DNA of 64,000 nucleotides from Longimicrobiales bacterium (GTDB taxonomy: Bacteria; Gemmatimonadota; Gemmatimonadetes; Longimicrobiales; Gaopeijiaceae). Every line of letters begins with the position of its first letter. Position 1 is the stretch's first letter. The position numbers and the translations under genes are program-made. The notes under the pieces were generated by a model that searched no databases, was not told where the DNA came from, and saw nothing but the letters and a program-made list of their open reading frames with translations. Shown piece by piece: positions 45,396-54,341 of this stretch. Location: NCBI GenBank assembly GCA_965116905.1, contig OZ220732.1:256001-320000 (forward strand), given 5' to 3'.

Positions 45396-47140
45396 CCGAA
45401 GCGGACCCCATGTCCTTCGAAGAACTGCCGCTCGGTCCCGAGACCGTGGCCGCGCTGGCGGCCGAGGGGATCGAGACGCCTACCCCCTTTCAGGCCGCGG
45501 CCATCCCCGTCATCGCCCGGGGCAATGATCTCCTCGGCCGCGCGGGTCCCGGCAGCGGCACGATGGTGGCCTACGCCGCCCCCCTGATCGAGCGCCTCGA
45601 GCGGGGCGCGGGCTCCCCGGTCTGCATCATCCTCTGCACGGGCCAGCGTCAGGCCACCGAACTCGCGCGTTCGCTCGCGGGCCTGTGCGAGGCGGCCGGT
45701 GCCCGCGCGGCGGCGCTGACCGACCGGTGGAACCTTCCCGAGCGGGCCGATTTCCTCGTCGTGCCCGCCGACCGCTTCCGAGCCGCGTACGACGGCACGG
45801 TTGTACTGGAACACCTCAGGGCCGTGGTCCTCCACGACGGCGACGGCGTCGTCGCCAGCGTCGCGGCAGACCAGCTGGAGACCTTTCTCGGGAGCCTGCA
45901 CGGCGATTGTCAGCGCATCGTGTGCGGTCTGCCCTTCGGCCCGGCGCTCCACTCGCTGGCCACCCGGTTCACGCGGCGTGCCGTCAGCGTCCCGCCGCGG
46001 CCGCGTCCCGGCACGACGACCGCGCGCGACCGGAAGCCGCCGAAGCGAGCCCCCGGGGGTACGGGACGTCACCCGGCCGCCGGCGACCAGCCCCGCCAGC
46101 TGCAGGTGGTGGCGTTCGGCGGCGACCGCTGGGAGGCCGTGCTCGACCAGGCCACCGAGCTGCTTCAGGACCCGGTGCGTCACCTGCTGGTGTTCACGGC
46201 TTCGGCCGATCAGGCGGCGGACCTGGGCGATTTCCTCTCGACCCACGGCTACCTTCCGGGGCCGCCGGGCGACCCGTCCGCGCCCGTGTGGATCTCCCCC
46301 GGCGAGGACGTGGCGGCCCGGGAGGCGCTGGATGCCGCGATCAATCCCGATACCGTCGCAACGCTGTCGGCGTCGGTCCCCGCGGGGGCGGCCATCGCGA
46401 CGATCCGCCACGCCGCCGGCGGGCCGGCCCGGGTGCTGGCGGAGATACGCGAACTCGGGCACCTGAAGGATGTCGCCGCCGACGCGGGCTTCGCCGTGAA
46501 GAGGATGCGTCCCGCGCGCCCGCAACGCGTCTCGGCCACGCTGGATCAATTGGCGGACGACCTCCACGAAGCCGTGCGGGCTCCGGAGATCGCGCCCTAC
46601 TACCTGCTCGTCGAGTCCCTGCTGGACCGTTTTGCGCCGGCCGAATTGGCCGCCGCCGCGCTTCTCCTGCTCGACCGCAAGACGCCGAAGAAGGGCAAGG
46701 CCGCGGTGGGCGCCGGCGTCGGAGCGGTTCCCGAGAGCTGGGTCAGGCTATTCGTGTCTGCGGGCCAGCGCGACGAAGTCGGGCCGCGCGAACTGCTCGG
46801 AGCGCTGACGAATCAGTCCGGCGTTCCGGGCAACAGGGTCGGCAGAATCGATGTGCGCGAGAGCCACTCCCTGATCGAGGTGCGGGAAGGTGACGCGAAG
46901 GCGGTGATCTCCGCGCTGAACGGCACCACGCTGGGCGGGCGCAGCCTGCGCGTCGACTACGACCGGGCCAAGGACAGGCGGCCAGCCGGCGGCGGCCGAC
47001 CGACCCATGGTGGCCGATCGCCCCATGGTGGCCGATCGCCCCGTGGGGGTCAGCGCCCGGTCAGACCGCCATTTCGTCCCGGCGGCGGCGGAACATCCGG
47101 TAAAGGAAGTAGCCGGCCGCGACGAACAGACCGATCTTGA
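45392..47140 (+). CDS. Degenerate DEAD-box helicase-like protein with C-terminal DbpA-type RNA-binding domain
   Basis: Q motif GIETPTPFQ kept; Walker A AGPGSGT (no Lys), motif II HDGD; C-terminus WVRLFVSAGQRDEV...GRIDV...LNGTTLGGRSLRVD. Confidence 0.85.
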   Translation: MTEADPMSFEELPLGPETVAALAAEGIETPTPFQAAAIPVIARGNDLLGRAGPGSGTMVAYAAPLIERLERGAGSPVCIILCTGQRQATELARSLAGLCEAAGARAAALTDRWNLPERADFLVVPADRFRAAYDGTVVLEHLRAVVLHDGDGVVASVAADQLETFLGSLHGDCQRIVCGLPFGPALHSLATRFTRRAVSVPPRPRPGTTTARDRKPPKRAPGGTGRHPAAGDQPRQLQVVAFGGDRWEAVLDQATELLQDPVRHLLVFTASADQAADLGDFLSTHGYLPGPPGDPSAPVWISPGEDVAAREALDAAINPDTVATLSASVPAGAAIATIRHAAGGPARVLAEIRELGHLKDVAADAGFAVKRMRPARPQRVSATLDQLADDLHEAVRAPEIAPYYLLVESLLDRFAPAELAAAALLLLDRKTPKKGKAAVGAGVGAVPESWVRLFVSAGQRDEVGPRELLGALTNQSGVPGNRVGRIDVRESHSLIEVREGDAKAVISALNGTTLGGRSLRVDYDRAKDRRPAGGGRPTHGGRSPHGGRSPRGGQRPVRPPFRPGGGGTSGKGSSRPRRTDRS

Positions 47141-47267
47141 AGGCCAGCGCCATGAAGCCGAACAACATCCCGAGCAGGGGAATTGCGGCCGTCATGAGCA
47201 GCTTCAACAACACGACGCTCACGGCCCCCGTGACCGCGACCGCGCCCAAAGTCCTCACCATCTGCAT
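47061..47267 (-). CDS. Small membrane protein, 68 aa
   Basis: AGGAG SD, two hydrophobic helices, basic tail. Confidence 0.7.
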   Translation of the reverse strand: MQMVRTLGAVAVTGAVSVVLLKLLMTAAIPLLGMLFGFMALAFKIGLFVAAGYFLYRMFRRRRDEMAV

Positions 47268-47302
47268 CTCCTGATCTCCTGTATTGGCGGTTACGCGTCC
47301 CC

Positions 47303-49717
47303 CTACCGCCTGAACCGGTAGGAAAGTTTCACGAAGACCCCCTCGGCCTCGGGACGGATGTCACGGAAGCGGAACGCCTCCATGTCCTCCATGCGGCGTG
47401 TGTATCCGATGAAGAAGACCGTCCCCGGGGTTGGCTCGTAGCTGAGCAGCGTCTCGATCGAGAAATCGTTCGATTCGGTCGTGCCGCGGAAGCACGACAT
47501 GTCGGGGCACAGGGACAGCTCTCGTCCTGCGAGCGGACTCAGCAGCACGCCACGCCGCTGGCTCCCGTACTCCACGATGGCCCGAACGAACAGCGCGCGG
47601 TTGAACTGGTACTGTGCCCGGGCACGCGGGATCGTGGCCCTGGAAAAAAGGGATCCGTCGCGCTTCCGGAACAGGCTCGTGTGCCTGACACCCACTTCGC
47701 CGCTGAGGTTCGCGGTGGGAAACAGACTCAGGCTCACGTCGCCCGACCATGAATCCGCCAGGTCCACCGGCGTGTCGGTCGTGAACTCGAAGAGCGGTGA
47801 CTCGGAACGTGTGAGCCGAATGGTCCCGCGCAGCCGGTCGAACGAGTTCAACCACAGGAACACCGTGCCCGAATTCAGTCCCTGAAACAGCGACTGACTG
47901 GGGTAGAAGGGCTCGTAGTGCCCCCCCGGACCCAGGACGTAGAGCCCCCGATAGTCCTCCTGCCCCACGGAAAAGTAGGTCCGGGAGAAGTTGCCGAAGA
48001 CCGTGATGTTCCGGCGGAATGAGACGCTCCCGCCCAGACGGATCCGCTGTTCCTCCGGTCGGCCGAAACCCCAGAAATCGTCGTGATCCCAGAACCCCTC
48101 CGTCTCGATGCTCGGTCCCCAGCGCTCGATCAAGTCCCCCGGTCGTCCGCGGAAGTTGTAGCTGACCCGCGACCTGAACTGGGCGGTCCCGTTTCGCCGA
48201 ATGAAGCCGCTGCCCGCAACGAATTCGTTGCTCAGGTCCTGAAGACCGAGGTCGAACTGGAAACTGCGTCCGGAACGGGCCAGCTGCATCGAGAACAGCC
48301 CGCCGTTCGCCGCGTCCGGCTGCCCCGATGACGTGCGGCTGCCGGCGGCCAAGAGCGTGACCGTGTACCGATCCCTGATCTGAAACCGCCCGTCCACGCC
48401 CGCGACGCGGTTGAACCGGTTCCCGTGATACGTGCGGTCCGTGTAGACCATGCCGACGTTGGAGGTGCTGCCGATATCACGCCGCAGCCGGAAGATGTTG
48501 ACGACCGGGTTCGCGGTGCCGCCGGGGCTGTCGGGGTCACCAACTTCGTCGACCGCGCCCAGGTAGCCGGCGTTGAAACTCCCGATCTTGCCTTGCAGTT
48601 TGGCGCCCGCCACCGGGTTGATGATCGAGCGCGTGTACACGAGTTGCTGCGGAAGCCGGAAGATCTCTGTGCCCTCGAGGAAGAACGGGCGCTTCTCACG
48701 CAGGAAGAGGGCGAAACGTTCGTTGACCGCAATCTGGCCGGCGTCGGCCTCGACCTGTGAGAAATCCGGGTTGTACGTGCCGTCCAGCGTCAGGTTGGAG
48801 GTGATTCCATAGGTGAGATTGAGGCCGAAGTCGCCGTCCACGCCCCCCCGCTCGAGCCCGCCCGAATTGCTGTCGTACGTCCCCTGCTTCGAGAGGGTCT
48901 GTACCGGGTTGATTTCGAGGAACAGCCCGGGGTCGAGTTCGCGAAGACCGGTGAGTTTGCCGAACTGCTCCATCTTGTTGGCCACGTTGGCCGTCACGGG
49001 CGCCCAGGACTCGGAATAGCCGTTGCGCGCGATCCTGCGCTCGATCTGAAGTCCCCAGTCCTGCACCGGCGCTTCGCGGAAGCGTATGCTCTTCAGCGGC
49101 ACCTTGACCTCGATCGCGTAGCCCCAGTCGTGCAGCTTGCCGTCGGAGTCCCATACGAAGTCGGGATTCCAGTCGATGGGCGCGCCGAACCGGCGTTCCC
49201 GGCCGCCGCCACCCCCGACGACCCAGAGTCCATCCTGCTGAACGCCGTAGGGGTTGACCATGATCACGTAGCCGCGCCGGCGGTCGTTGAACGTGTCCAC
49301 GATGAACCGCACGTAGTCGTCGGAAAAGCCGAACGAGTCGCGGTCGCCCAACGTGGCGCGGACGCCGCCCTCGACGTCGTCGTAGGCCTTGACGCTGAAG
49401 TAGATCGCATCGTCCGTGAGCAGCACGCGCGCTTCCGTGCGCTGGGTTGCGGGCACGCCCTCGACGGGGTCGAACTGCGTGAAGCCCGTGAGGAGCGGGG
49501 CACTCTCCCAGGCGGCCTCGTCGATCTCGCCATCGATGTCGATCGAGGCATCCGCCACCCAGGGGTGCGGTACGTCCAGCTGCCCCGCGCTGCCGTCGTA
49601 GATGACGGCTTCCGCCGGATCGCCTGTCCCGCGGACGGGAGCGTTGTCATGGCGGAGCGCGGCGTCCTGCCCCACTCCCGCCGTTGCGACGGTCATCGTC
49701 GCCAGAAGTGCTATCAT
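47303..49717 (-). CDS. CBM9-like plus DUF5916 outer-membrane protein
   Basis: IDGEIDEAAW, DTFND, VNPYGVQQDG, NPDFSQVEAD, EKRPFFLEG, C-terminal KLSYRFR. Confidence 0.88.
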   Translation of the reverse strand: MIALLATMTVATAGVGQDAALRHDNAPVRGTGDPAEAVIYDGSAGQLDVPHPWVADASIDIDGEIDEAAWESAPLLTGFTQFDPVEGVPATQRTEARVLLTDDAIYFSVKAYDDVEGGVRATLGDRDSFGFSDDYVRFIVDTFNDRRRGYVIMVNPYGVQQDGLWVVGGGGGRERRFGAPIDWNPDFVWDSDGKLHDWGYAIEVKVPLKSIRFREAPVQDWGLQIERRIARNGYSESWAPVTANVANKMEQFGKLTGLRELDPGLFLEINPVQTLSKQGTYDSNSGGLERGGVDGDFGLNLTYGITSNLTLDGTYNPDFSQVEADAGQIAVNERFALFLREKRPFFLEGTEIFRLPQQLVYTRSIINPVAGAKLQGKIGSFNAGYLGAVDEVGDPDSPGGTANPVVNIFRLRRDIGSTSNVGMVYTDRTYHGNRFNRVAGVDGRFQIRDRYTVTLLAAGSRTSSGQPDAANGGLFSMQLARSGRSFQFDLGLQDLSNEFVAGSGFIRRNGTAQFRSRVSYNFRGRPGDLIERWGPSIETEGFWDHDDFWGFGRPEEQRIRLGGSVSFRRNITVFGNFSRTYFSVGQEDYRGLYVLGPGGHYEPFYPSQSLFQGLNSGTVFLWLNSFDRLRGTIRLTRSESPLFEFTTDTPVDLADSWSGDVSLSLFPTANLSGEVGVRHTSLFRKRDGSLFSRATIPRARAQYQFNRALFVRAIVEYGSQRRGVLLSPLAGRELSLCPDMSCFRGTTESNDFSIETLLSYEPTPGTVFFIGYTRRMEDMEAFRFRDIRPEAEGVFVKLSYRFRR

Positions 49718-49841
49718 CGAATGCGTGATCTTTCGTTCGGAACTGGCCGTCCCGGTGCCGGAGCGTGGACCGGTGTCGGGGCGTGGAGACAAGGGTGCGG
49801 ACGCGCAGGATTCGCGCTACCAGACCCAGAGGACACCTCGA

Positions 49842-50081
49842 ATGACGACACCGTTGAAGATGGACTCATTTCGCGATCGGGAAAAGCGGGCGCTGCTTGA
49901 GATGGTCGCCGGCGGCGCCGCGAATCCGGCGTGCCCCCGCTGCGGCGGGCGCTGTTCGGTGATCCGCACCGGGGCGCGGAAGGATGTCTCCTACGTGAGG
50001 GACAGGGTCGTGATCCGGTGTTCCGGGTGCATGCGGACCCTGGCCCTGGAGGCCGGGTACCTGGACGGGCGCGGCGATTGA
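49842..50081 (+). CDS. Small zinc-ribbon protein
   Basis: CPRC...CSGC pairs; start 49842 or 49860. Confidence 0.6.
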   Translation: MTTPLKMDSFRDREKRALLEMVAGGAANPACPRCGGRCSVIRTGARKDVSYVRDRVVIRCSGCMRTLALEAGYLDGRGD

Positions 50082-50160
50082 CGGGCGGGGCGATTGACGG
50101 GCGGGGCACGTGGTCCCCACAGTTGACGCCGCCGATTCTCGAAACGCGGAGTTAGTCGCG

Positions 50161-51120
50161 ATGGTGCGCCACAACCGCCGAATCGGGCTCGCTGCCGCCA
50201 GCCTGGTCGTCGTCTTCGTAGCGTTCACGAAGGGGCCGGTGCGGGCTCAGGTCGCAGATGGCAAAGACCCCGTTGCGGGCCCGCTTGTCCTGGGGCTGTC
50301 CTCCAGCACCCGGGCCATCGGCCTCGGCGGTGCGTTCTGGGCCGGGGACGGAGCGCACGCGGTCTTGCACCACCCGGCCCTGATCGCGGGCGAGGGGTTC
50401 GGCGGCTTCCGAACGAGGATCGGGGGGGCCACGCACCTCGCGCTGAGCGGAAGCCGGGCCTGGCTGGGGGGCACCGTCGCGGCCGGCGTCTCCTTTCTGG
50501 AGTACGGGACCTCGGCAAAATCGCCGCTGGCGCTGCCCCGCGACGCGTCCGCCCTGATCGGGGGCGGCCACGTGTCCGCGTCGGAGTACGTCGCGGCGCT
50601 GGGGTTCGCCGACGAGGTGTTCAGCGTGGACGTGGGCGTAGCGGCGAAGCTGGTCGGCCAGCGCCTGGGCGGGCTGGGAGGCAACACGGTGGCCGTGGAT
50701 CTCGGCGCGGCAAAGTCGATCGGGCGCGTGGTCACCGCTCTGACCGTGCAGAATCTGGGCCGCGGGCTGAAGCTGGGCCGCCACGAGGTGCCGTTGGCGC
50801 GGCGCGTGGTGGTCGGCGCAGGCACGGCCGGGCGGGCTCCGGTGGGGCCGCTCGACATTGGCGGCGCGGTCCAGGTCGCGCGCGAAGGCGACGGCGACAT
50901 CGCGCCGGGTGCGGGGCTGGAGGTCGCGTGGTGGCCGGTGCAGCGCCGCATCTTCATCGTGCGGATCGGCGCGGTCCGGGTGGTGGACGGCCGCAGCTCG
51001 CCATTGACCTTCGGGTTCGGGTTCGAGGGTGACCGCATCCGGATCGACTACGCGCACCGCGAGTACGCCTACGAGGATCTGGCGTCGTCGTCCCACAGCA
51101 TCGGGATCGCGTTCAGGTAG
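50161..51120 (+). CDS. PorV/PorQ-like outer-membrane beta-barrel protein
   Basis: Signal peptide, STRAIGLGGAF, HPA, VAVDLG, VQNLG, LTFGFG, IDYA, C-terminal SIGIAF. Confidence 0.75.
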   Translation: MVRHNRRIGLAAASLVVVFVAFTKGPVRAQVADGKDPVAGPLVLGLSSSTRAIGLGGAFWAGDGAHAVLHHPALIAGEGFGGFRTRIGGATHLALSGSRAWLGGTVAAGVSFLEYGTSAKSPLALPRDASALIGGGHVSASEYVAALGFADEVFSVDVGVAAKLVGQRLGGLGGNTVAVDLGAAKSIGRVVTALTVQNLGRGLKLGRHEVPLARRVVVGAGTAGRAPVGPLDIGGAVQVAREGDGDIAPGAGLEVAWWPVQRRIFIVRIGAVRVVDGRSSPLTFGFGFEGDRIRIDYAHREYAYEDLASSSHSIGIAFR

Positions 51121-51152
51121 GGGGGCTCACCCCCGCGGCACACGCGCCGCCC

Positions 51153-52983
51153 TGAACCCCTGGTGGAGCTGCGCCAACCCGATTGGTACGGTCGAGGACT
51201 GCCTACCACGACCCTACGGTACCCGCGCTGGTTCCGTCGAAGACCAGCGCCACCGCTCGCAGCGCGGCCGGATCGAAGGCGGGGTTGTCGGCAGCGAAGT
51301 CGGCGAGGCGGGATCGAAAACTGTCGTGGCCCCGGAACCGCCGGAATGCGGAAACGCATTATCCGGATTTCCCGCTCTGCATCCAGGCGGATGCTGCAGG
51401 CTCATGTTGTGTCCCAGCTCGTGGGCGATGACGAACTCCGAACGTGTCCCGCGATCGACCACCGAGAAGGTTGAACGGCTGATACGCTCGCCCGTGGTGG
51501 TCCGCGACCCGTCGTCCTCGATGTCGCGGCGGCGGCAGCACGCGGATCGTGAGCGGTCTGCGCAACGGGCGCGTAGTCGGTGAGGGTCACGCGCGCGGTA
51601 TCGCCGTCCGCGCTTCGATCGCCGATCGACGATCACGATTTCCAGGCGGCTGCACGGTCGTTCCATCTATCTCGGCGTTGGCGCTGGTTTTCCTCGTCGC
51701 CGGCGCGGTCTCCGCGGCGGTCCGTGTCTGGCATCGTCTGCAGCGCGATTGCGGTCGCTCTCATCCCCCTCCCCCTCTGTCTCGTCGGAACACTCGCAAC
51801 ACCCGAAGTTCCCCGAAACTGCCTCGGACAGGTCCGGATTCTCGCTCAGGGCCAGTTCCTTCGTCAGCTTGCCGAGATCCGGCGGGATCTCACCGCGCGC
51901 GTTGTTCTGCAGGTAGAGCCCGACAACACGGTGATGGATGTCCACGTGCATCTCGAGCGTGGTCTCGGCCCCGACGGCCCACTCCCGCGATAGTCCGGCA
52001 GCTCTCCCTGTATGCGGCAGTGCAATGGTGAAAACCGATGGCGGACGGAGGCGCGGGCTCGTCGGAGCCGCTCACATCCCTGGCTTTCGCGGCAAGCCAC
52101 AGCACCTCGACCGGCGCAATGGTGTCGGCGGAAGGGGATACCGTGATGGATGACAGGAACGGAAACACGGACACACTGAAACTCTGTGTCGCCGACGCCC
52201 CGTCCGGGTCGCGTGCCGTTACCGAGACCGTTGCCACTCCCTCTGCAACCCCGGACAGGATTACTGCGTCGCCGGACACCGTGGCTTTCGCCACTGCCGC
52301 GTCCGACGTTGGGACGACGATGTGTTGGCACGGGGTTGCTGGAGCGGATGGCTCGATCCATGCGGCCTTCGCGCCAGGTGCTGCAAGTGAACCCCTGGTG
52401 GAGCTGCGCCAACCCCCGTGGACCCGCGTTGGTTCCGTCAGCGCCACCGCTGCCGATCGAAGGCGGGGTTGTCGGCAGCGAAGTCGGCGAGCGGGATCGA
52501 AAAATGCTGGAGGATCAACTCCCAGGGATTCGAAGCGGTTGTCCTCGATGTCGCAGCCGGATCGTGAGCGGGCGCGGTAGTCGGTGAGGACGCGCGCGAT
52601 CGCCGTCCGCGTCGTCCGTGCAGAGGCGGTTTTTCCTCGTCGCCGGCGCGGTCTCCGCGGCGGTCCGTGTCGCATCGTCTGCAGCGCGATTGCGGTCGCT
52701 CTATCCCCCTCCCCCTCTGTCTCGTATCCACGCCTCCGGGGCCCCGGCTCGTCGTCGAGGCCGCCCACGTGCATCTCGAGCGTGGTTCGGCCCCGACGGC
52801 CCACTCCCGCGATAGTCCGGCGGGCAGTGCAATGGTGAAAACGGACGGAGGCGCGGGCTCGTCGGAGCCGCGGTAGCTGTTGTTCCAGCCCAGCCAGAGT
52901 GCCTGGTTGAGTTGGGACGACGACGTGTTGGCACGGTTGCTGGAGCGGAGATCCATGCGGCCTTCGCGCCAGGTGCTGAAGTC
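51153..52983. repeat. Imperfect tandem duplication of the hydrolase 3' end: copy B 51153-52388 (insertion-rich), copy A 52389-52983 (deletion-rich)
   Basis: Both copies start tgaacccctggtggagctgcgccaaccc and end gccttcgcgccaggtgctg(c)aagt, with collinear shared blocks. Confidence 0.9.
51322..52308 (-). pseudogene. Fragments of an Ig-like/LRR/zincin surface-protein gene interleaved in copy B
   Basis: ~52071-52308 TSDAAVAKATVSG...TARDPDGASATQSFSVSV; ~51787-51940 RVVGLYLQNN..GEIPPDLGKLT; ~51322-51510 VIAHELGHNMSLQH. Confidence 0.7.
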
Positions 52984-54341
52984 TGCGCCGTGGAGCGTCA
53001 CGCCCGCTGCCGATCCGGTGGTGACGTCGATGTCCTCCTCGAAGTCGGCCAGAGAAACGCCGAGCGCGTGATATACATGGTCTTCGGCAGCCAGCCGCCC
53101 GCCACGCGGTGGTCCGGAAGAGGGGCCTGTAGCGGTCGTCTCCCTTCAGCGTGATGTCCAGGAACGCCGAGACGAAGACGCGGCCGAACTCGCGCTGGTC
53201 CTCGGGCGGGAGCAGGCCGCGGAGCTCGAGGATGCGCGGGCTGCGCGGACCGTTGTCGTGCGCCCCCCAGACCGTGTTCCACTGTCCGTGGTTGGCCCGG
53301 TACACGTAGACGGCCGATTTGAACATGCCGCTGTCCGCTCCGCGCGTGAACCGCACACGGTTGAAGAGCCGCAACCCGTGAAAACTCGTGACGTCGCCGT
53401 CGTGCGAGCCGTGAAAGACCAGGTAGTTGATGTCGCTGAGCGGGGCCCGCTGATCGGCGGGCAGGTACTGGCCGTCCACGGGGGCGATCGAGATCACCGA
53501 CCTGATGTCGAAGCCGAAATCGAATTCGAGCGACGCGTCGTCGGGGTAGCGGGTCAGCCGGTTGAAGGCGGCCGCGAGGGCCACCGCTTCGCCGCCGCGG
53601 GAGTGGCCGATGAGCGCGATGTTGTCCATGTCGACCCGGCCGTGGAAGGGCCCGTCCGGGTCCTCGTTGAAGCGCTGCCAGGCCTGCAGGTGCTTGAGCA
53701 GCAGCCAGCCGCGCCCGTCGTTCTCCTGGCGGATGCCGCCGTTGATGAAGTTCATGTCCACCGACGCGAGGATATGGCCGCGGCTGGCCAGGAGCTCGCC
53801 GAGCCAGTCGTACCCGGGGTCCGAGAAGTCGCGCATGTTGTGGTTGCCGTGCACGACCAGGACGAGCGGGTGCGGCCCGGGATCGTCCGGGTACCAGACA
53901 CGCGCGTTGATGGGGAAGCTGTCGGGCGAGAACCCCCAATAGCTGTTCCGAGACTCCGCCGAAGCCCCGAGGCTGACCAGCCTGGAGGCGTCCACGGTCT
54001 CGGTCACGATCGCTACCGAGTCACGGTACTCGGGGCGGTTCCTGTCCGTGCCGCTGCCGTAGTAGAGGGTGAGCACGTCGTGGGGGCCGGCAAGGGCGGG
54101 GTTGGGGTGGTCGAGGTGGTGGCCGGACAGCACGGTGGCCGCGTCCGAGGGACTGAGTTCGAGCGAGCCGGCGCATGCGGTCACGAGGACTGTGACGAGG
54201 CCGGCGGGCGCGGCGAGCGTGACGGCGCGAGGCCTCCTGGGGGCGTGTCTCATGCGGGGCATACTCGGGGAGATTCGCCCGCGGAGCAAGCGCCCGGCTA
54301 TCCTTCGGGGGGCGATCACCCACCACCGGCACGGACGGCCA

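Larger units (their letters stand above)
51127..54253 (-). pseudogene. Alpha/beta-hydrolase lipoprotein; intact to ~53115, then frameshifted and scrambled (probably intact in vivo)
   Basis: Lipobox VTAC, VHGNH, GHSRGG elbow, HGSHDGD, ANHGQWN; C-terminus can be rebuilt from the two copies to a TGA at 51127-51129. Confidence 0.75.

Noticed and set aside
51153..52983. Diversity-generating retroelement (template/variable repeat pair)
   Set aside because: Differences between the copies are indels and foreign blocks, not adenine-specific substitutions, and there is no reverse transcriptase in the window.
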